A stretch of 30,742 nt of DNA. It comes from an uncultured Candidatus Peribacteria bacterium. GTDB taxonomy: Bacteria; Patescibacteriota; Gracilibacteria; Peribacterales; Peribacteraceae. The stretch is from contig CAYRWT010000001.1 in NCBI GenBank assembly GCA_964428105.1, positions 1-30,742 of the forward strand, read 5' to 3'. A model generated the notes under the pieces. That model was not told the origin of the DNA and searched no databases. It saw only the letters and a list, made by a program, of their open reading frames with translations. This document shows, in pieces, positions 8,341 through 16,219 of this stretch (positions are counted from its first letter, which is position 1; each line of letters opens with the position of its first letter). The position numbers and the translations under genes were made by a program.

Positions 8341-9510
8341 CTACATCTGTATCTTGAGAAATTTTCTTTTTCCAACTTTGAGGATTCCTATTTCAACTTT
8401 TGCATCAATTGACGTTACAGCTTTTTCATTGAGCTTTATGCCACCTTGCTCGATAAGTCGACGTGCTTCCCCTTTTGAGGTGACAGTCTTGCTCGTGAGT
8501 AGGGCATCGATGAGTGACTCCCCTTTTTTCGCTGTGTACTCAGGCATGTTCTCTGGCACACCTTTGTTTTTAAAAACATTCTCAAATGCTTCTTCGGCAG
8601 ACTTCGCAGCATCAGCTGAGTGATACATCGTTACAATCTCACGTGCGAGGCGCATTTTGAGAGTCTTGGGATTGATAGATCCTTCCTTCAACGCTTTCTC
8701 GGCTGCTTGCACTTCCGCTACTACGAGATCTGTACAGCATTCCATGTAGATTGGAATCAGGTTATCCGGCATGGACATGAGGCGACCGTACATCTCATTT
8801 GGCACATCGGTGAGGTAAACACAGTTATTGTAGGTTTTACTCATCTTTCTGCCGTCTGTACCGGCGATCAGCTTTGTTGTTAGTACGAACTTGTCACGCT
8901 TTTTAAAAACTTGTTGCAGGGTTCTGCCGGCAAGCATATTGAAGAGCTGGTCATTTCCCCCTAGTTCCACGTCGACATCGAGCATCACGGAGTCGTACCC
9001 AACCATGAGTGGGTACATAAACTCTGTGACACTGATTGGAGTATCTTCACGCATGCGTTTTGCAAACATATCGCGCTTGAGCATTTGCTGAACTGTAAAA
9101 TTACTTGTGAGACTGAGGATTTCCTTGAATGATAGTTTTTCAAGCCACTCATGGTTATAGCGTATTTCTAGCTTACTTATATCAAGAATCAGCTTTGCTT
9201 GTTCGATATATGTCTCGAAATTCTTGCGCACGTCTTCAGCACTGAGTGGCTGGCGCATTTCATCTCTTCCACTTGGATCTCCAATCATTGCTGTAAAGCT
9301 TCCAATCAGTAAAATTACATGATGTCCTGCGTCTTGAAATTCTCGCATCTTTCGCAGTGGAACAGAGTGGCCGAGATGGAGTTTTGCACCAGTAGGGTCT
9401 ATGCCAAAATAGAGCCGGAGTTTCTTCCCTGATGCCAACTTTTCCTCAGCAACTTTCTGGGGTACAACTTCTTCGACTGCCCGTGTAAGGAGTTCACTAC
9501 GAGTTCCCAT
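8341..9510 (-). CDS. tyrS: Tyrosine--tRNA ligase (389 aa; likely start MGTRSELL at 9510, not 9690)
   Basis: LYFGIDPTGAKLHLGH (HIGH), YPLMVGYD, GGNDQLFN, KMSKT, C-terminal S4 domain (KGEARRLIEQGGIKLN...GKRKF). Confidence 0.96.
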   Translation of the reverse strand: MGTRSELLTRAVEEVVPQKVAEEKLASGKKLRLYFGIDPTGAKLHLGHSVPLRKMREFQDAGHHVILLIGSFTAMIGDPSGRDEMRQPLSAEDVRKNFETYIEQAKLILDISKLEIRYNHEWLEKLSFKEILSLTSNFTVQQMLKRDMFAKRMREDTPISVTEFMYPLMVGYDSVMLDVDVELGGNDQLFNMLAGRTLQQVFKKRDKFVLTTKLIAGTDGRKMSKTYNNCVYLTDVPNEMYGRLMSMPDNLIPIYMECCTDLVVAEVQAAEKALKEGSINPKTLKMRLAREIVTMYHSADAAKSAEEAFENVFKNKGVPENMPEYTAKKGESLIDALLTSKTVTSKGEARRLIEQGGIKLNEKAVTSIDAKVEIGILKVGKRKFLKIQM

Positions 9511-10486
9511 GCCTGCTAGCCTACGGCATACTCTCTCTATCGAGCAACTCCCTACCATCACCGGCGTCGTAAGCTCATCCTCTCGTCTTGATGCATACCT
9601 TGCAAGTCTTCCGGGAATCACAAGTCGCAATGCAGGGTCAAAACTTATCGAAGGTGGATACGTCACAGTGAATAGTAAAATTATCCTCAAACCATCTGCA
9701 AAAGTAACAGCAGGAGACTCTGTTATTGTGGGTACTCCTCCCCTCTCCTCCCCTTCAAAAAAAGATTCTCTTCCTTCCTCTCTTGCTATTCTCTTCGAAG
9801 ATCCATCGTGCTTTGTTATTTGTAAGCCTGCAGGAATGATTGTTCATCCTGGTGCTGGAGTGAAGAATGATGCAGTGACTGTACTTTCAGAAGCTCGCAA
9901 GCTCTTTGCTGCACGGGAAATTCCATACCATGCACATGCAGTCCTAGTGCATCGACTCGATAAGGATACGACTGGCTGTCTCTTGCTTGCAAAAACTCCA
10001 GCAGATCATCTGTTGTTTCAGAAACAGTTTGCAGATCGAAAGATTCAGAAAACATATCTTGCAATCGTCCATGGAGTACCGAAATTGGCGCATGCACGTA
10101 TCGATGCTCCGATTGGTCGTAGTCCCAGCGATCGAAGGGCAATGTCGGTCTTCTCGGGATCGAAGAGTCGTGAGGCGTTTACGACGTATCATGTTCTTGG
10201 TGTATCTAAAAATAGTGATTCATCGCTGCTTTCCGTGGATCTCCATACTGGTCGTACCCATCAAATTCGTGTGCATTTAGAATCCATTGGTCATCCTGTT
10301 CTGGGTGATTCGATGTACGGAAAATTGGCGAATAATGAATCTCTACCTTCAATTTGTCTCCATGCTTGGAAGCTTGCGTTTACACTACCAAATGGGAAGC
10401 AGCAACAAGTTATCGCTCCTCCTTCTACATCCTTTCTTTCTGCACTGAAAGAACGAGGAATTCCTCCTCCTAAGGACGGAAAATAA
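9509..10486 (+). CDS. RluA/RluD-family RNA pseudouridine synthase with N-terminal S4 domain (start uncertain)
   Basis: RLDAYLA S4 start, KPAGMIVHPG, VHRLDKDTTG (catalytic Asp), TGRTHQIRVHL...GHPVLGD..YG, LHAWKL. Confidence 0.92.
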   Translation: MPASLRHTLSIEQLPTITGVVSSSSRLDAYLASLPGITSRNAGSKLIEGGYVTVNSKIILKPSAKVTAGDSVIVGTPPLSSPSKKDSLPSSLAILFEDPSCFVICKPAGMIVHPGAGVKNDAVTVLSEARKLFAAREIPYHAHAVLVHRLDKDTTGCLLLAKTPADHLLFQKQFADRKIQKTYLAIVHGVPKLAHARIDAPIGRSPSDRRAMSVFSGSKSREAFTTYHVLGVSKNSDSSLLSVDLHTGRTHQIRVHLESIGHPVLGDSMYGKLANNESLPSICLHAWKLAFTLPNGKQQQVIAPPSTSFLSALKERGIPPPKDGK

Positions 10487-12155
10487 GTGTGTATTCGAGA
10501 ACATCGAGGACATCACCATGTGCATCACGACTTTCGATGCGATAGACATTGCGCCCTCTGTGCATGGTGGCAATCTTGACGCTTGCGATGTACGACCATG
10601 AAGTGCTGCCTGGAGTGTAGTACTGCAACATATAACCATTCACTGTAATCGAAGCAGTATTTTTTGATGTTGTACCATCGATACGCAGCTCTCGATCACT
10701 CGTCACATTTTCTTTTGGATTGATCACATCCAAGCTTCCCGATTCTTTTGGAGAGTTTTGTTTGAGTGGCAAAATATTTCCTGAGCTTGTCGAAGTTTCA
10801 GGTGCATACAATACCGTAATGGAAGTTGGTGCAGAACGATTGCCAAATTCATCGACTGCATACGCGCTGAAAATATTTTCTCCGAGTTTCAAATTTCCAA
10901 AATCGAGTGTTGCAATATAACTCCATGTCTTTGCTCCTGGCTTAAAGAGCTGCAATTTATAGTTATTCACAAAAATATTCACAGCTGCTGCTGGAGCGAG
11001 GCCTGTTATTTGTACTTCTGGAATCTTCGTAGTGAAAACTTGGCCAGAACTTGTAGGAGCGATAAACGTGACTGTTTCGGAGAATGGTTCAAATTTTGTC
11101 TCTACAGATCGCACTACTTCTGCAGTTTTCAGTCCCTGTGATGTAAATCCTTCAATGCGCAGTACGGTTGTTCCTTGGCGTTCTACTGCGACATCTGCAG
11201 AAAAATCACCGTATGGATTTGTTGTTACACTGTGACCGTTGACAGTCACTCTTGCAATTGTTTTCCCAGCCTTTCCGTCGACATGAATACTCCGCCCAGA
11301 AATACTCTCTCCCTCCTTTGGATTGAGAATCCGAATATCATCGAAGGTTGCGATGCTGCCAGACTGAGACGATATTTCCTGTTCCTTTGCGATCGTACCG
11401 ACCAAGTCCTCGCTCGTTGTAAGAAACTTTTCTGCCAAAATTATTGGTGTTATAGGATCGCGAAATGTATAAGGATTTTTCCCGTTTTCTATAGAAGTTC
11501 GTGCGGTGACATCAAGATTCAGGACTTGCCCTTCTCCAACAACGAGATTCTCCTCTGAAGCGTCAATATTCAATTCTACTGCAACTCCAATGTTCTCTGC
11601 TTTCAATACTACGATGCGTTCTGGTCGAATGAGAATCTCAGAATCTCCATTTATTGTTATGGAATAGTGTGGAGTTTCAATGGTAACAATCGAACTTCCA
11701 GAGCCTCGGTAGTGTGTTTTTACCCATAGCTCTCCTTGCGAAAATTCGATACCAAGATTCTTCATAGAATCTGTTTTCGACGCTTCGGTAATTTTTATTG
11801 TACTTCCATCATTACATCGCAACATCGTTCCATTGAAAAATTTTACATGAGCACGGCCATTCGTGTGTGTTGCAATGGTATCTCCTGGATAGAGTTTCAC
11901 TCCACTCTCTGCTCTCTGAAGATCTCCATCTTCTACAGATACTTGGACATTGGAAGCCCTATCTTCGACTGTGAGAATTCCACTACCGCTTGCAAGAGCA
12001 TCGAAGGAAAAAAACCCAACAATGCTTTGTCCGATGTTCCAGAGAAGAACAATGCTGAGTAAACCTACGAATATACGAATACGAGAGCCTTGGAATGAGC
12101 GCTCTCCATTCTGTGCGATTGGTAATGAACGACGATATCGTCGATAGTAATACAT
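10470..12155 (-). CDS. Single-pass membrane protein with a FecR-like domain and several Ig-like domains (likely start MYYYRR at 12155)
   Basis: Basic N-tail, TM helix, FecR-like LYPGDTIAT...AHVKFFNGTMLR...STIKI...GELWV...IETP, then repeated beta-sandwich units (I.G......i.VN.Y.lq...pG...WSYIA). Confidence 0.7.
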   Translation of the reverse strand: MYYYRRYRRSLPIAQNGERSFQGSRIRIFVGLLSIVLLWNIGQSIVGFFSFDALASGSGILTVEDRASNVQVSVEDGDLQRAESGVKLYPGDTIATHTNGRAHVKFFNGTMLRCNDGSTIKITEASKTDSMKNLGIEFSQGELWVKTHYRGSGSSIVTIETPHYSITINGDSEILIRPERIVVLKAENIGVAVELNIDASEENLVVGEGQVLNLDVTARTSIENGKNPYTFRDPITPIILAEKFLTTSEDLVGTIAKEQEISSQSGSIATFDDIRILNPKEGESISGRSIHVDGKAGKTIARVTVNGHSVTTNPYGDFSADVAVERQGTTVLRIEGFTSQGLKTAEVVRSVETKFEPFSETVTFIAPTSSGQVFTTKIPEVQITGLAPAAAVNIFVNNYKLQLFKPGAKTWSYIATLDFGNLKLGENIFSAYAVDEFGNRSAPTSITVLYAPETSTSSGNILPLKQNSPKESGSLDVINPKENVTSDRELRIDGTTSKNTASITVNGYMLQYYTPGSTSWSYIASVKIATMHRGRNVYRIESRDAHGDVLDVLEYTLIFRP

Positions 12156-12232
12156 AGTGTCATGCGATCGTACGTTTACTCGGCACATGAAAGCAAGATC
12201 TCTGAACTCAGGATGTATTCATCATCGAAGGA

Positions 12233-13345
12233 TCAATTCATCGTTACACGATACACCTCCTCTTTCGTTGTTACATTTGCTGTAATCATTTCTTCGCCCC
12301 ACTCAAGCATGTTCTTAAATCCTTCTTTTCGTGCGATTTCCTCGAGTTCGGCACTCGTGCTTTGCAAGAGAATTCCATTACGAATCGCAGGAGTAGCGAC
12401 GAGGAGTTCCGGTAAACAGCACTGGCTTGTATAGAAGTTTTTCTCATCTTCATTGTGCACGATTCCATCTTTTCGTAATTCTGGATTGATCGTACGAACA
12501 AGTCTTTGTGCAAGTACAGCGCGAAGCGATGGTGCAAAGGTATAAGTACTGACTCCCATCGAGAGTAGACGTGGGATCGCTTCGATTGAGGAATTCGTAT
12601 GGAGAGTAGCAAACACTAAGTGACCAGTGAGGGAAGCGTCGATTGCTGTTTGAGCTGTCTCTTGATCACGAATTTCACCGACGAGGATAATATCTGGATC
12701 ATGACGCAGAATTGCGCGTAAACCAGTAGCAAATGTATAGCCATGCTCTGGGTCTACTTGGCTTTGGATAATATTTGGTAGTTCATACTCGATTGGATCT
12801 TCGAGTGTGATGATATTGCGATCTTTCCCAGCAAGACGCGAGAGAAGTGCATAGAGTGTTGTGGTTTTTCCAGAGCCAGTTGGACCGGTGACAAGAACGA
12901 GACCGTGTGGTAGCTCTGAAATACGCATCAGTTCCTTCTCGATTGCCATCGGAAAACCAAGTTTTTCGAGCGGTGCGATACCGCGTTCAGGATCGAGAAA
13001 ACGTAGCGTAAATGCTTCGCCAAAGCGCGTTGGTAGTGTGGCAACACGTACGTTGATGAGTCTCCCTCCACATGGGAAGGTATATTGGCCATCTTGTGCT
13101 GTCGCTTCTACGTTGAGTTTGAGCTTCGATTTAAACTTAATTCTCCTGTCGATAACATGGAAAATATCTGGAGTGACATCGAAGAGTTTTTTGAGTACCC
13201 CTAGCTCTCTCCACTCGATACTGACAGAGCGTTTTCCGGGATTGATGTGAAGATCCGAAATATGGTTTTGTATAGCCTCTAGCTCCAGGTTTGAGAGGAG
13301 TTCTTCTCCTGGAAGAGCGGCGATGCGTTTGAGATCGAGAGCCAT
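12233..13345 (-). CDS. GspE/PilB-family secretion/pilus ATPase, short form (370 aa)
   Basis: SDLHINP, QDG, GPTGSGKTTT (Walker A), TLEDPIEY (Asp box), LRHDPDIILVGEIRD (Walker B), TGHLVFATLHTN (His box), LAQRLVR. Confidence 0.88.
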   Translation of the reverse strand: MALDLKRIAALPGEELLSNLELEAIQNHISDLHINPGKRSVSIEWRELGVLKKLFDVTPDIFHVIDRRIKFKSKLKLNVEATAQDGQYTFPCGGRLINVRVATLPTRFGEAFTLRFLDPERGIAPLEKLGFPMAIEKELMRISELPHGLVLVTGPTGSGKTTTLYALLSRLAGKDRNIITLEDPIEYELPNIIQSQVDPEHGYTFATGLRAILRHDPDIILVGEIRDQETAQTAIDASLTGHLVFATLHTNSSIEAIPRLLSMGVSTYTFAPSLRAVLAQRLVRTINPELRKDGIVHNEDEKNFYTSQCCLPELLVATPAIRNGILLQSTSAELEEIARKEGFKNMLEWGEEMITANVTTKEEVYRVTMN

Positions 13346-13351
13346 CCGAAT

Positions 13352-13360
13352 ATTATAGCA
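13352..13360 (-). promoter_or_regulatory. Perfect extended -10 TGCTATAAT 6 nt before the ATPase ATG
   Basis: Minus strand TGC-TATAAT-attcgg-ATG. Confidence 0.75.
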
Positions 13361-13386
13361 TATTTTTGGCTCTCTTAAAAGAGTTT

Positions 13387-14280
13387 TTACTTCTCCATTC
13401 TCTCTCCCCAGTGCAGTTTCTTTCGAAGGGTAGCGAAGAATGTGTCTTCTTTACGGCGAAGAAGTCGTGCTTTTCGCTTACTGATGACCACTCTTACAGT
13501 ATCTCCACCTTGCAAAGAGACGTATGTTTGTCCATCCAAAGTGAGACTTACCTGTGCATCCGAAAAACGGCTCTGTGTGGTCAGAATAGTGATTTCGATG
13601 ACGTGTTCCTCTGGTATTACTACTGGTTTCTGATTGAAGCTATGTGGATTGATTGGCGTGAGGATCGTCGCTCGTAACTGAGGATGAACAATCGGTCCTC
13701 CTGCAGCAAGAGAATATGCAGTGGAGCCAGTTGGTGTCGCAACGATGATGCCGTCGGCATGGAATACAGCAAGACGTTTGCCGTTGATGCGAGTTTCTAG
13801 GTCGATTAAGCGTGAAATCGCCCCTTGGGATACAACTGCTTCATTGAGAACTGTCCCCTCCCAAAGCACTTGTTTTCCTCGACGTGCAAGGACAGTAAAC
13901 ATACTGCGTTCGTCGATTACACTTCCCTTTCCTTGTAAAAGTTTTGGTAAGCATACGTGGAGGTCATCAATTGCCAATTCTGTAAGAAATCCAACAGTTC
14001 CTCGATGAACAGAGAGAATTGGTGTCGATGGGTTGTGGAGTTCTCGAATCGCTCGTAGTAATGTCCCATCACCACCTACGGTGATGAGTAAATCGATCGG
14101 AGTTTTTTTTGTTAATGCTGGAATGTGCCTCAATTTTTCTACTGAACAGCGTTCAGTATCGAGAAATACGGTTGCCTGTAGTGCTGTAAGAATTTTGATG
14201 ATTTCCTCGGTACAGCTCACACCTTCAGCAAAATCTGATCGTGTTGTTATGCCGATCCGACGGTACTTCAGTTTCTCCAT
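13387..14280 (-). CDS. nadK: NAD(+) kinase (start 14280 ATG or 14286 TTG)
   Basis: VGGDGTLL, LNEAV, ADGIIVATPTGSTAYSLAAGGPI, LTLDGQ. Confidence 0.95.
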   Translation of the reverse strand: MEKLKYRRIGITTRSDFAEGVSCTEEIIKILTALQATVFLDTERCSVEKLRHIPALTKKTPIDLLITVGGDGTLLRAIRELHNPSTPILSVHRGTVGFLTELAIDDLHVCLPKLLQGKGSVIDERSMFTVLARRGKQVLWEGTVLNEAVVSQGAISRLIDLETRINGKRLAVFHADGIIVATPTGSTAYSLAAGGPIVHPQLRATILTPINPHSFNQKPVVIPEEHVIEITILTTQSRFSDAQVSLTLDGQTYVSLQGGDTVRVVISKRKARLLRRKEDTFFATLRKKLHWGERMEK

Positions 14281-14327
14281 CTGCAAGCGCTATTTTATGC
14301 TCTTTTGTTCTGGTATGCTATGCCCTG

Positions 14328-14912
14328 ATGTTCGAGAAGCTTCGTCGCGGCATTGTTTCCATGGAGTTTGAGGATCAGCTCTATCATGTCGGCGTGATTC
14401 TTACGATGCTTGGAGTTGTACTTCCATGGTTTGAAGGTCGTCTGTATGGTCAAGCGCAGCAGCTATGGACTGGCTTCGGTTTCTATACAGGATATATCGG
14501 TCTTGCAGTATTCTTAGTTCAGATCTTCCTTCTTACGCTGACACTCTCGCCTATTCTTGGTGGACCATCATTCATTCGGCGTTCAAGAAAAACTCTTCTA
14601 CGACTCTGTTTGTCGTCCGCATCACTTCTAGCATTACTGTGTGCTTTTAGTTTTCTCCTTTCATTCTCATTAGAAGTCGCAGGAACAGATATGCGAATGG
14701 GTATTTCACTTTCGATTATTGGTACTTCCTTCTCAGTTCTGTATGCCGCATTGCGATTGCATCAACAACGTGTTCTTGAAACCCGTGAACTGTTTCATCA
14801 TCCTGATGATGCGTTGCAGGCTTCATTTCTAGAAGAAGAAGATGAGAAGAATAAAACTCCACCTCCCCCTCCCCCATCTCCTCCATCGCTCGAGGATCAT
14901 AATATTCGCTGA
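14328..14912 (+). CDS. Hypothetical membrane protein (about 4 TM) with acidic/Pro-rich C-tail; likely start MFEKLRR at 14328
   Basis: Four hydrophobic segments; extended -10 TGGTATGCT at 14311-14319, 8 nt before this ATG. The ORF-track start at 14241 would overlap nadK. Confidence 0.7.
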   Translation: MFEKLRRGIVSMEFEDQLYHVGVILTMLGVVLPWFEGRLYGQAQQLWTGFGFYTGYIGLAVFLVQIFLLTLTLSPILGGPSFIRRSRKTLLRLCLSSASLLALLCAFSFLLSFSLEVAGTDMRMGISLSIIGTSFSVLYAALRLHQQRVLETRELFHHPDDALQASFLEEEDEKNKTPPPPPPSPPSLEDHNIR

Positions 14913-14927
14913 TTTCTTTTTATATTT

Positions 14928-15275
14928 ATGGAACCAACTATCACTCCTACTCCACCAGCTTCTCCTGTACAAGATGTATCCATCGCTCCAGCACTTCCTC
15001 CAGAAGAGCTGCTCGACACGGATTTGGTGTACATTGACCCATCGACACGATCTGTTATCGCAAAAGTAGAGTGGAAAGGTGAAAAGCCAGTGTCGCTTCC
15101 TTACAAGCCTCAGCCAGGACAACGTGATGGACTTTGGAGGAAATTTTACCCTTGGGGAACACTCAAAAGTATGCGTCGTATTTATAAAGTTGGAGGAAAA
15201 GTACGAGAACAAGAACCAGATCAAACCCTTGATGAGGTTCTTCCAAAGGCACTGAGTAGCGCTTTTTGGGATTAA
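14928..15275 (+). CDS. Hypothetical 115-aa protein with Pro-rich N-terminus and one MORN-variant-like segment
   Basis: Fills the gap between the membrane gene and fbp. GQRDGLWRKFYPWGTLKS resembles a MORN-2 repeat unit. Confidence 0.65.
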   Translation: MEPTITPTPPASPVQDVSIAPALPPEELLDTDLVYIDPSTRSVIAKVEWKGEKPVSLPYKPQPGQRDGLWRKFYPWGTLKSMRRIYKVGGKVREQEPDQTLDEVLPKALSSAFWD

Positions 15276-16210
15276 GCTCCTTTCAGTGTCTGTACAACTC
15301 TTTCTACCTCGCTCTTTGCTCCGATAATGATAGGGGTACGCTGATCGATATCGTGTATTGTTACATCGAGAAGAGATTGTGTTCCATTTGAAGACGCTCC
15401 ACCAGCTTGCTCAACTAAATATGCAAATGGACCACATTCAAATAGGAGTCGTAGCTTCCCTTGCGGATATTTATTCCCTCCGATGTTTGTAAATATTCCT
15501 CCACCTTTGATGATGAGATGATGGATATCAGGCACCATTCCTCCGGAATACCGAAGTGTCACCCCTTCATCAAGCCAAATATTCATCATTTTCCTGTAGG
15601 ATGGTGTGTCACTTACAGCTCGAAGATTTCCTGGTGAATAGGTCTTCAATTCATCTTTCACTGTGAGCTTCTCTTTAAGGAGGATGAACTCCCCTACTTC
15701 ATTCAAGTAAAAAGCGTGCACTCCTTTTCCTGCGCTATAAACGAGGACAGTCCGAGGACCGTAGACGAGATAGAGTGCTGCTACTTGATCGCGTGGAGTG
15801 CGGCTGATGGGTGTTCCTTTTGGGTAGATACCGAAAATGGATCCAATCGCGAGATTGGCATCGAGAAGTGATGAACCATCGAGCGGATCAAAGACCACAG
15901 AGAATGGCGCTTCTTCATTTAATACTTCCAAATTTGCCTCTTCTTCGGAGGCGATACTTTCAACAAGTCTACTTTCGCAGAGTTGCTCAGAAATGATGTT
16001 GTTACTCAAGACATCCAACTTTAGCTGCTCTTCTCCAAAGGTGTTGCTTGATCCAGCGAGGCCTAAATCAGTTGTTCGAATAGCGTTGTGAACATACTTA
16101 CCAGCTTTTGCGATGTCATTAATCAGGTGACGCAACTGATCAGGAATTCCTGAACGAAACAGATGGTTATTGAGCGACGTGCGCGATGGGAGTTTGCAAG
16201 TAGCAGCCAT
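15272..16210 (-). CDS. fbp: Class I fructose-1,6-bisphosphatase (SBPase-like sequence type)
   Basis: [44 protein letters not shown], EQAGG. Confidence 0.92.
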   Translation of the reverse strand: [312 protein letters not shown]

Positions 16211-16219
16211 AGATTTATC

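Noticed and set aside
9511-9690. N-terminal extension of tyrS to 9690 in the ORF track
   Set aside because: It is antisense to the S4 domain of the RluA-family gene; TyrRS homology begins at MGTRSELLTRAVEEV (9510), which has a -10 box 7 nt upstream.
9511-9700. T-box riboswitch upstream of tyrS
   Set aside because: The upstream DNA is coding sequence of the divergent gene; no T-box motif or terminator is visible.
12135-12155. Tyr-rich start MYYYRRY as a tyrosine-sensing attenuator for nearby tyrS
   Set aside because: It is the N-terminus of a long membrane protein, is separated from tyrS by an opposite-strand gene, and has no attenuator hairpins.
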